The notes under the pieces: model-generated | The model's database searches: none | Seen by the model: the letters and a program-made list of their open reading frames with translations, nothing else | What the model was told of the DNA's origin: nothing | Position numbers and translations under genes: made by a program | In this document: positions 35,901-51,900 of the stretch, piece by piece | Layout: each line of letters opens with the position of its first letter | How positions within the stretch are numbered: position 1 is the first letter of the stretch | DNA from: Lama guanicoe | Taxonomy: Eukaryota | DNA length: 64,000 bases | Assembly (NCBI GenBank): GCA_013239625.1 | Contig: MU056434.1 | Span: 868,001 to 932,000, forward strand | Direction: 5' to 3'

Positions 35901-36886
35901 TGCTTGTGCCTCTGTGAGGGCAGCCAAGGAAGCGTGGCGCGGCTGGTGCTCCCAACTTCCCTGCGGGGCAAGGTAGGGCAGAGCTGTGCTCAGCCGGCTG
36001 CCCCTGCCCTCCCGGGCCACTCTCCCCGACTTGGGATCTCAACGTCCAGAGTGCTAACAACAGGGATCTTGCTGGCTAGTTCCCCAAGAGAATGTCCAAT
36101 GCACAAGGTGGGCTGTGCGAGCAGGGAGCTGACAAGAGCTCTGCCGGGGTGCCCACACCCACACTCACTTGGCCAGCTTCTGCAGCACCTGCTCACATTC
36201 CAACCGCTTCCGCTCAAGCTGCTCCTCGTAGGGCACGGCCCAAAGAGGGGTGACTACATCAGCGATGCACGTGGCCAGTGGGGCCGGCGGCTCACCCTCA
36301 TCCTCACGCTGCCTCTTCCTGGCCATGGGATCAGCCTTGGGCCTGGCCAGACGCACGCTGAGAGGGCGGCCCTTCCACAGGGCTCCATGCAGCACTCGCA
36401 GGGCCTTGTCGCGCTCGGCGGCGTTGCGGAATGTCACGAAGGCGCAGGGAGGCTGCCCGAAGAGCTTCGTTTTGTGGGGCTGCAGCCCAAAGCGGCCCAG
36501 GAAGCGCCGCACGTCGCTGAAGCTGGCGTGGCGCGGTACGTTCTGCAGCTCCAACTTGAAGATCTCCGAAGTGAACAGGCCCGCCCGGATGTAACTGTAG
36601 GGTCCAGGCGGAGCCCCAGGCCCCGCGGCCTCGGCGTCCTGCTCCTCCTCCTCCTGCTGGGGTCCTGGGGCCGCGGGGCTGCCCGGAGCGCCGGGGCCGT
36701 CCTGGTCGGGGCCCTGCACATGCGCCCGGCCCTGGGTGGAGACGGCAGACAGGCGGGCTGGCTGGGACCTGCGCGCCCGGCCCTCTGCCCTCCTCGCCGC
36801 GAGCCTCCCGCTCCCGTCTCACCGCCCGCCCCCGGCTCCGCCAGGATCTCCCTTCTCCGTACTCCGCTGTCGAGCTCGTCATCCAT
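32982..36886 (-). CDS. TRMT2A: tRNA (uracil-5-)-methyltransferase homolog A, 615 aa; coding exons (5'->3') 36886-36863, 36713-36169, 35960-35852, 35608-35427, 35243-35129, 35037-34922, 34835-34724, 34201-34079, 33935-33860, 33644-33528, 33414-33318, 33213-32982
   Basis: RRM (FKLELQNVPRHASFSDVRRFL...AFVTFRNAAERDKAL), YRNKCEF, FRISPHAFFQVN, SAM motif VLDVCCGTGTIG, LDPPRAG, catalytic YVSCNP and DLFPQTPHCE. All junctions are GT-AG and in phase; total 1848 nt. Confidence 0.97.
36325..36570 (+). CDS. RANBP1: Putative alternative first coding exon of a long RANBP1 isoform (82 codons), antisense to TRMT2A exon 2
   Basis: gccATGg start and an open frame MGSALGLARRTLRGRPF...NLKISE ending at a phase-0 donor GAA|GTGAAC, compatible with RANBP1 exon 2. 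It resembles the recalled N-terminus of the human 278-aa isoform. The donor is weak and use in this species is unproven. Confidence 0.45.
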
Positions 36887-36889
36887 CGT

Positions 36890-37553
36890 CCGGTCCGTCC
36901 GTCACCTCGTCCAGGGCCTGGCACACAGGGGACGCGCGGAGAGCGGGGAGGCCGCAGGGCCTCTGGCACTGCGGGGGCGGGACTCGAACCCTTGGTGTTT
37001 AAGGCGGGGTCACGGGCTTGGGCTGCGCCGCCCGCCCGCCAGGGGCCCGCGCCCGCGGATCGCCTCGACGGCAGCTCTCCTGTCGGCCGGCGTGCGCAGC
37101 CCAGGCGGCGCGTCTCTATCGTCCCGGCTTCCGGCGACGTAATCGTCACGCGCCGCTCCGACCCCTAGCTCGGTCCTCAAGCTCGAGGGGCGCGCGCGGC
37201 CGAGGAGCGGAAGTGCGCGCGAAGGCCGCCGGGAGTGCGCGCTCCCCCGACTACCAGGCGGGCCGGGCATGCGCCGCGGGCGTTTTGGCGGGAAGCGCGG
37301 GGCGGGCTGGACAATGAGAGTGTCCGCCTCCTGAGCCAATAAAGCTGCGCTGGTTTTGAATCGCGTCGTGTTTCCCGCCGCCGGGGTCAGGGGTCGGGGT
37401 TCGGGTCGCGGGGCGGAGGGAAGAGCGAGCGAGCGAGCGAGCGGGCGGGCGGGAGGTGCCGGCGCCAGACGCGGAGGAAGGAGCTGCGACCAGCCGCCGA
37501 GAGGCCGCGGAGCCAGCGACGACCGAGCCAGCCGAGCCGCCGCCGCCGCGCTC
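36890..37553. promoter_or_regulatory. Bidirectional CpG-island promoter of TRMT2A and RANBP1 (Htf9 locus)
   Basis: Head-to-head ATGs at 36886 (-) and 37554 (+). E2F sites TTTTGGCGGGAA (37283-37294) and TTTCCCGC (37371-37378), GC box at about 37299, CCAAT 37336-37340, CHR TTTGAA 37355-37360, and ETS-like CGGAAG motifs. Confidence 0.9.
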
Positions 37554-42955
<5,402 letters not shown>

Positions 42956-43229
42956 GTCCAAGGAGCTCTGTGTTTCCTTTCTCCACATCTCTTCCCTCTT
43001 TCTTTTTTTAATTTTTCCCTACCCCTTCTTTTCAGTTCGTTTTTATTCTGTTTTGTTTTTTACAAGGGACTTTATATAAAGAACTGACTTCCAACATTCA
43101 GGTTGTTTTTTTCCTAAGTTTTTGCCCTATTGAGGACTTCAGAAAGTTCATTCCCTGGTCATGAGAACGTGCTGCGCTGACTTTCTTTTCCATGGTGGAA
43201 ACACTTATTTATAGTCATCAAAAGTAGTG

Positions 43230-43235
43230 AATAAA
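43230..43235 (+). terminator. RANBP1 polyadenylation signal
   Basis: AATAAA at the end of a U-rich 3' UTR, about 275 nt after the stop. Confidence 0.8.
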
Positions 43236-45699
43236 CACATTTGAAACCTGCGTGGAGGCAGGAGCGTGTGTGCGCCGGCCCCGTCCCGGGACTGTGGGTT
43301 CCTGCTGGCTCTGCTGTCGCTCGCTCTACCATGGCCTCCAGGCTGCTGTCGGCCATGGGCCGCGGTGTCTGAGCCGGTGCTGGGGGGTAGGTGGGCCTGG
43401 GAGGCCGGTGCTGTCCTCTGGAGGCGTAAACAGCCTGGCCCTTACCTGTGGCCAGGAGCCGGGAGGCTTTTTCCTGGCCAAGGGGTAGAAGGGAAGCCCA
43501 CCAGATCACCTTGGCTGTGGCACGGGGAGGCCACGTGGGTCTCCAGGCTCCAGCCAGGCTGTCTTTGGTCAGCCCTCAGTCCCCGTGGAGGGAAAAGCCA
43601 ATCCCACAGCATACACACCTGGCCTGTCACTGGGCTCCACAGACTTCTTCGGATACCCCGCTGCTGTCTTCGGACACCTGTCTTCTCGCTCCTGGCCCAC
43701 CCCCTGGAATTGTGGACACCTGTGGTAGCTCTCAGTAAGGAATGTTTTCGAGAATGCAAGTGGGTTAGTGCCATTCAGGTTTGCCTTGTAAAGTGGGTCA
43801 TCCTAACAGGAGGTTTTTAGTGTGCTGTGGGCTCCAAATGCACAGTCATCCCTGTGGTGGCCTATGTCTGGGGGAACATCCCAGGCTGGGAGGAGCCCCC
43901 ACGGGTTGGAGAGCATGCCAGGACCTGACCCTGGAGTGGCCGTTCCTCCCTGGTGGCTTTGCCATTGCACCTCTCAGAGGCTGTGCGTTGTGGCCGGCCT
44001 GTCCTGTCCTCCCTGCGGCCACATCCAGTTCAAACCTCCCATTCTTGGTCTCTGGCGGACTCACCCCATAGGAAACCACCCTTGTTTTAAAAGCCAAACT
44101 GCAGGCCTCACTTGCCCCTGCCCTGGCAGCCCCAGGCCTCCCTCCCTCACTTTTGGGTGCCTGTGGTGGTCCTTCCCACCCAGGGAGGGACGCTGAAGTT
44201 TTCCCAGCTCCCCATCCCTAGGAGCTAGAGTTGGACCCCATCGTGGTGCATCAATGGGAGAGGCTGGTCCAGGGTCTGGTCCTCCAGGGAAGGGCAGTCA
44301 GACACCTCTGCAGACACAGAAAGGATGTTGAATGTCTGCCTGCTTTGGGCTCAAATACTAGCGAGATCCCACCTGCTATAAGAAGAAGGGAAGTGAACCT
44401 GATCCCTTCTCTTGGGTGAGGACATGTGTCCAAGGGGGAAACCCTGGGTGGGGATGGTCCCTCAGGATGGCTAAGAGACAGCCGTGCTGTGACCAGGATG
44501 CATGAAAAGGTGATAACCAGGATGAACGGGGACACCGTGGGACCCTCTGATCCCCCAGCCAACATGTGTTCAGGCAGACGTCTGGTGACATGGGCGATGG
44601 TATGGGTATGGTGGGGGGAATGGCTATTCCATTCCAGGTCAGTCCTCTGGCCTGTAGCTTGGGCAAGCTTTCTGCCGTGCTTGGGAGAGGACGCCTGGGC
44701 CATGGCCACGCTTGTTCCTCACCACCTGAGATCCTTCTGCCCAGTAGGCAGGGACTGCAAGGGCCAGGCCTGGGGTGGGGCTGCAATGTGTCATACCCCA
44801 AGGCCCCCAGGGGCTGAGGCAGAGTGGGAGGTGTCTGCTCCAGGTGGAGTCTGCTCCCTGCTCACCTCAGCCCTGGGCCTCCTGGAGTGGGAGCCCGCCA
44901 CTGTTTCTAACAGCTCGTGGCCCTGCCTGCTGGGCTGGGGCTTCAGAGGCCCAAGTCCAGGCAAAGAGGGGCCTCCAGGCCAAGGAGCCCCAGGGCCAGG
45001 GAGGGTGAGGGCCCCAGGTGGATGCCCTGGTGGGTCTTGGTTTCAGAGCGGAGGGCCCTGGGGGCGTGTCCTCACTGTGGAGGCTGCGACATGCCCAGGT
45101 CCCAACCTCCCAGAGGCTCGACTGCTGCATAGAGGCCAACAGGCTGCCCGTCGTCTGCCCAGCACTGCGAGGCAGCTCACTGGTCCACCTTAAGCGACAG
45201 CAGTGGTGGCGCTGGTGGGTGGGATTTCCTGCAGGAGGTGGGCCTGCCCGCGGGCCTATCCCAGGCAGAGGCAGGGTGCCTGGTGCTTCCCGAAGGGCTC
45301 TCCAGCCTGTCCTGGGAGGCTGAGGCTCCCACCCTCACCCTCCTAAGCCTGCAGCCTGGGCCCCCACCCTCCTTACGTTGCCTGCTGGCCTCTTGGTCCA
45401 GCTGAGTGCCCAGTGGGCAGGGGGTAAACAACCAAGGTGCCCTGCAGTGTCACTGTGCCAGGGGGCTCAAAGAGCTCCCAGGTGAGGGTGTCAGCCTGTC
45501 CCCAGGGACACACTCTGAGGTGTTTAGGGAAAGTTCTATGCAAGCAGGGCCCAGAAGGGGACCTGCGTGCCACAGTGTCAGGATCTGCGGACTGGGGACG
45601 GGGCCTGGTGTTCACCCTGTGTCCACCCAAGGGGCAAGGCCTCAGGTGTGCGGTGGCTGCGTGGCTTCAGAGGGTCCTGGCACTTGGCTAGCTGGGGCT

Positions 45700-45980
45700 G
45701 CGAGGTGAGGCCCTGCCCCGGCGGGGGTCCTGGGCCAGCTCCGCCCTGAGCACTGGGGACGGCGGGGCGGGATGGGCGGCAGTCGCGAGGGGCCCCCGCC
45801 TGGCCCCACGGTCCCTACTGCCGGTCCACCTTAAGGGGCGCACTGACATCAGCACGCCGTCGCCGCCACCGCCCGTGGGGTGGGATTTCCTCCGCTGCCG
45901 CTGCTGCCGCCCGGTCCTGCCTGTCCAGTCGGCCCCGCCCGCCCGGCCCCGGGGAGGGATGCGGCGGCGCGGCGCCCAGG
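45700..45980 (+). promoter_or_regulatory. ZDHHC8: CpG-rich promoter and 5'UTR of ZDHHC8
   Basis: CpG-dense with multiple GC boxes (ggggcggg, ccccgccc), directly upstream of the ATG at 45981. Confidence 0.8.
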
Positions 45981-48900
45981 ATGCCCCGCAGCCCCGGGAC
46001 GCGCCTCAAACCCGCCAAGTACATCCCGGTGGCCACGGCGGCTGCGCTGCTGGTTGGCTCCAGCACCCTGTTCTTCGTGTTCACGTGAGTTGGACGCATC
46101 TCTGGGGCCAGAAGGGGCAGGGCTGTGTCCAGCGGTGGACACAGCCTGGCAGGAACCGGCCAGGGCTGGCAGGCTGGGAGGGGTTGTGGGCACCAGGGCT
46201 GCGGCGATAAGAGCCCCCACCCTAAGCCGAGGCTGACGTCGCCACGTGCCCATCCTGGGGTGCCAGGGACAGGTGAGTCCTGGGAGTGAGGACACTGGTG
46301 TCCAGCAGATACCTCATGCGTGTGCCAGGCCGGCCCTGGGTGTGAGATGCCAGGCCAGGCAGGGGAGTGTGTGCAGGGGCTGCCCAGGGTGTGGCTGCGG
46401 CCCTGCCCTCCCCACAGGCTGCCCAGAGCCACTGCCACCAGCCCTCCTTGTGATGAAGGTGGGTGGCTCTTGGGTGCCCTCCCGGCTGCCCGGCCCCAGG
46501 CCAGAGTCAAGTTGTTCCCGCGTAGGTGTGGCCTGGCCCGCCTGCCACGTGCCTGCCCCACAGTCACCGCCGACGCCGGCCGGGCAGTGCCCTCTGCTTT
46601 TCCTTGACCTCCTTCTCAGGAAGGCTCAGTGGTCACAGCTGGAGGGGCCAGGTGAGGCCACACCAGGGACACCGGCTGTGGTGGGTGCTGGACACTTGAG
46701 GTCGAGGGCAGGTGGTCTCGGCCGGGCAGCCTTAGCTGCTTTACCTGCGGCTCAGGCTGGCTTTCAGCCCAGAGCAGGTGCTGACGACATAGCTCCCTCT
46801 GTGTGGTCATGCCCCCCTGCCCCAGGCTCCTAGGGCTCAGGGAGGGGTCAGGGGCCTAGGCTTCGGTCACACAGATCTGCCACCACCCCCGTCCACAGTC
46901 CAGGTTGGGACACAGCCTGGTGACCAGAGCAACAACCACTCTGGCCCTCCTGGGGGCCTGTAGCCAGTGGGGCGTTTGTTCTGAGGCAGGTCAACCCCTC
47001 AGCCTGCGGGAGCCGGGGCAGGGGTGGGCAGGCGTGGGCCTCAGCGAGGGCGCGGGTGGAAGGTGGCGGGGCCACACTGGGTGCCCAGGGGGACAGGCAA
47101 GCCCCTACCTGGAGGCTGGGCTGGGTGGGCACCACAGGCTGCCAAGAGTGTGTTTAAAAAAGGCCTGTGTGGACGGGCCTATTTCTGGCTTCCGTGAGCA
47201 GACGTGTTCTTCCACTCATGTGCTGCCGGCTGTGGGGCTGTGGGCAGCTCAGGCAGGACAGCGAGAGGACACATGTCCCACTGGGGCTTCTGGAGGGGCC
47301 GACCCTGGCCCCGGGGCCTAAGCAGGGGTCTCGGGGAGTCTTGGCACTGCTTCCGGGCAGCCTGGCCTCGACTTGCTGGTCCTGGTTTCTGACTTCCCAA
47401 GTGCATTTTAGTGTTTGTCCCCCTGACTTTAAAAGTAATACATGTTCTCTATTGAGAACTTGTGAAATGCAGGGAAAAAGTTTAAAAGGAAATTGAAATC
47501 AACCCCACCCCAGAGAGCCTGCCCACCTCCTCTCCTAAGCACACCCGGGCCCCCTGAAGGGTACTTGCTGTGAGCCTTCCTGTGATTCCTGAGGGTCCTT
47601 CTGCCCTCTGTCCTCACCCTGGAGCTCTGAGCCCAGTGACACCGATGCTGAGAGGTGCAGTTTTCCCTCAGGCCAGCACAGGTGTTCCCTGCGTCTTGCC
47701 TGAGAGAAGGTGCTGTGTGTTCATTTGGAAGATGGGAGTGCCAGTGCAGCAGTCATCCAGCCAAGGGACCCTTGCTCGCGCCCTGGGGCCAGGCTCCCTG
47801 CACCCTAAGACCATACTTTGTGGCCACATGGCCACCGGGGACCCAGGCCTGCCCGCAGCCCGGCTGTGCTGCCTCGTCTGAGGAAGCTGGGTTTCTGAGC
47901 AGGGGCTCTGCCAGGCAGCCTAGGCCCATTGACGCCACCACTGCAGGTGATTCTGGGCAAGCAGGGCCAGGCAGTCCCTTCCTGGGACAGGCCTCTTGTT
48001 ACCCTGGCTGGCACCCACACCTCTGCCCTGGTTCTGGGCGCAGGCTCACGGCCTGCCCTGCCCTGCCCTACGGGCCCCTCAGGGCTTCTTCTCTGCTCCC
48101 CGGAACTTCGCCGGACTCCAAGTGGCCCCTGGCCCCCTCTCTACACTCAATAAACATGAGTAGCCCCCTTCGGGGCAGGTCCACACAGGCAGCAGCTCCT
48201 TCAGGGTGGGGAGCCCAAGCCTAGAGGGCAAAGGACCCCTCCCTCGGGCCAGCTCGCTGAGGGGTCAGGACCAGCAGGACATTCAGATGTGTCACCAGGA
48301 GAGGCTGGGGTGCAGAAAGGATGCCTGGAGGTGGGGGTGTCACCTCTGAGGATGGGCAGCATGCCACAGGCCAGGTTCCCAGTGGCCCTCCTCCTCCAGG
48401 AAGCCTTCCTGGGTTCTTGGTGTGGTCCTGTCTCCTTGGACCCCATAAAGCCTTCACACTCACTCAGTGCCATGCTGGGTCAGGTGCTGGGAGGGATGAG
48501 AACCCCCAGGCCAGGTCTCTGCCCCTGCCCTTTCTCTTCCTGGATCCACTCTGCAGAACAGCGGGGACCCTGTGAACTTCAGAGAACCAGGGCTGCTTGG
48601 CAGGATACCAACACCCGCGGCCGCACTGGGCTGCCTTGTCTCTCTCCAGGGACAGTGGGCTGACCTCTGGGTTGTCACTGTGGGTCCCCAGGATGGGCCT
48701 GAACTCTCCCCACACTTGGAGGCCCAGTCGGGCCGCAAGGCACAGCCTGGGACGGTGAGGGGTCCAGCACAGGGCCAGGTAGACGGGGCTACTGGCAGGG
48801 ACCAGACAGGAGTGGAACTTGCTTCACGTGGCCTGGTGCCCCTGGCCCCCTGAGCTTGTTTCCTTACCTGCTCATGTGTCTGTAGGGATCGGCTGGTGGG

Positions 48901-51900
48901 TACATGTGGCCAGAGGCCCTGCCTGGCCGGACCAGGGCAAAGTGGCTGAAGACCCTCTAATCCTGTGTGCCCCATGTGTGAGCTTCACTAACCAGCCTTA
49001 ATGAAGGACCTGATTTAAATGAAAACGTCTGAGTTAAAATTTTCCATTGCGCATTTAGCCTCGGTCGCGTGCTGCCCTGCAGAACCCCACCTCCCCCCCA
49101 CTTGGAGCCTCAGCCCAGGTGGGGCCACAGCACAGGCGTGTGGCCCTGATGCTTGGGGGTGGGGGCTGGCCGGGGGAAGGGCTTGGAGCCTTGGAGCTGG
49201 GCCGCTCCCAGGCCTGCCCTGGGCCCACAGTGTGGCCGCAGCCAGCAGATAATGTACGACCCCTGCCTGGCAGGGTGAGCCTGGGGCACACGGTTGCCTG
49301 GGGGACGTGGAGTGTCATCCCTGTGGTTAGAGAGGTGGGCTGGGCAGCGTTGCCTGCCAGGCTTGTCCACACAGCTTGTGTGTTCACGCACAGCCTCACG
49401 CCCACCGGGTCCAGAGAGCAGAGGGAAGTCCAGAGAGGTCGGGGCGTGGGGGTCTGTGGGCGGAGGGCGTGTCTGCATCTGTGTGTGTGTGAATGAGGGT
49501 GCAGGCATGCCACTTTTGCCTGCGTGTGGGTATCTGTACACACAGTGTTCTCACACGTGTCTTACATGTTGACACATCGGCACACATGTGCTGTCTGTGT
49601 GATCGTGTGTACGTGTGTGGTCATGTGTATGCACGCTTGTGCAGTAGGTGAACATGTACCCACACACGTGTGCCTGGAGCATCGTGTGTGCGTGCTGGTG
49701 CACTGCACACATGTGCTTGCCTGGGGCCCTGCACTTTCATGTGGATATGTGTGTGACCATGTGCCCATGTGTGCTCGTTCATTTCTCCTCTACTTGCCAT
49801 TTCTGGGCCTGGGTGGCGTTGGCTGGTGAGCCAGTCACTGGTAGGGCACAGTGCAGGCCTGGTCCCCCTTATGGCCCAGCAGTGGGGTCGGGTGGTGGGA
49901 AGAGCGGGGATAGGACGCGTGAAAGTGCCTGATCCTGGGTCTGAGCCAAGCCTAGGAGACTGGAGGTGGTGAGTGAAGGGGGCAGGGGCTCATGTCCCAG
50001 TCAGAGAACCCAAGCCCCCTCCAAGCCTGCCCAACATTGGCTAAGCCCACCCTGCGCTCCCCGGGTACATGCTGCCCCAGCACGCAGCGGGTAGCTGGTG
50101 CCCACCAGGACGGAGGCCACCCAGCGCCTCACTGTAAGCGTTGCCCCTTTGCCCATCCCTCACCCCAAGCATGTCACTCAGGGCTGCTGTCCATCTCATG
50201 CAGTCTGGGGAGTCATCGAGGCTCGGGAAGGACAATGCACTGTGGACCGCCAGGCCTGATGGGAGCTCTGGTCAGCGTGGGGCTGGGGTTCAGTCCCTGC
50301 CTGCCTGCATGACGGTTGAACCACAGCTCAGATGTAGACTTACCCCCAAGACCCTGGGTGACAAGCCCTCAGACACCTGCTCCCTGTCTGTGAAATAGGG
50401 ATGCACCTGGTTTCAGCACATCTGTCCACTCTCGGCCGCCCGGCACCCTGGGTCCCCTCAGCCCCTTCCTCTCCGGGAGCAGGCTGGCTCCACCGCATGT
50501 GACAGTGTAGGTGCCTGAGAGCCACATTTTACTTTTGCACAGACCATGTGGCCAGCCCTCTCCAGAAGGTGTGTGGGGAGCTGGCCTGCACCAGTGGGTG
50601 AGGTCTGTGGTGCCGCATCTCTCCCCAGTTCTGGGCATACCTGGCTCTCTCACCTGTCCCCACTAGCACCTGGGCCTGTGTCTCCTCCCTATTCTTAGGT
50701 AGACCGTGCCTCAGGGACCCACAGTCATCCTGCCAAATGGCATTGGATCAGAGGCCCCAAACGCGCATAGAGCGCTGTCTGTATGCCAGGCTCCAGCATG
50801 CAGGGATGGGGGATGTGGAAGGTGTCTGCTCCGGGCCACCTGGGCAAGGGGTGGCGGAGGAAGGCCCTCCTGGCAGAGGGAACCTGTGTCCTCAGACTGT
50901 GCATCCACCTCATGACGGGTCCTGGAGCAGAGGAAGGGGTAATCACGGCTCCCAGCCTGCGAGAACACTGCCGTGGGAAGCGGAATCTTTAAATAGCCTC
51001 TCGTTTCCACTAAAAATAGAGAAGTTCTGCTGCCATGGGGGTGGTTGCTGGGGCGGCGGGGCTGGCTCCTGGCCAAGGCAGGCGTGGGTGCGCCAGTGTG
51101 GCCAGCGTGTGCTGGGCGGTGGGCAGGGCCACGGGCACCACTCACCCTGCTGGTGGCTGCAATGCCCCATTCTTGTGGTCGAGGCTGCTGTGGGGATCCC
51201 CACTGGCCCCCCACCTCCACGGAGGGCCTGAGTGTGGGGAGGGTGCCCCTGCTTGTCACACGGCCATGGGAGATGAGGAACTGAGGCCAGAGAGACTTCG
51301 TGGCACCCAGGTGGGCTGACTCAGGGACCCACTGCAGAGTCGGGGCAGGAGCCCCAGGCCATGTGCCAGACCTGGTGGGTCTCCATGGGGGGACTCTGGC
51401 CAGGTCCTGCCAGGGCTGAGGAAGACACTCCCTCTGCCAGAGCATCCAGCAGGAAGGTGTGCAAGACCTTTTCAGGGAGCCAAAGGGAAGGCTGGGAAGG
51501 CTTCCTGGAACAGGGGGCAGCTTGGAGCCAAGTGGTGGGAGATGGCAAAGGGGTAGGGGTGCCATGCTTTCAGTTTCCAGATATTCTGCCCTGCCATGTG
51601 GAGACAAACTAAAAAGAAGGGGCCGCCCAGGTGGGGGGATACACCCAAGGCCCAGACCCTGAGACAGCACCCCTCAGGGAAGAGCAGGCCCCATGTGCTT
51701 ACGGACCTCTGACTGTGGCTCCCCACACCACACTGCACAGTCTCCCTGGAGAAGGGGCCCTGCTGAGCTGGGGCAGATCGGGGTGGGGCCCAAAGCAGGC
51801 CTGAGCTGCCTGGTGGGTCACTGGCTTCCATCCCTCACAGCACATGGGCAGAGTAGCCTCCTTTCCTGCCCAGGGCTCCCACCCCTAGTCTGTACCCCTC

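Noticed and set aside
35796-37142. 448-aa + strand ORF antisense to TRMT2A
   Set aside because: It crosses TRMT2A introns and exons indiscriminately, has no domain and is in a different frame from the RANBP1 alternative exon; a GC-rich shadow ORF.
37356-37553. In-frame non-AUG N-terminal extension of RANBP1 starting at a TTG
   Set aside because: The TTG lies in the CHR promoter element, probably at or upstream of the TSS. The lack of stops is explained by GC content.
48995-49065. AT-rich patch in ZDHHC8 intron 1 with two CTGA motifs
   Set aside because: No proper C box or terminal stem. It could be an enhancer, but the sequence alone does not support a call.
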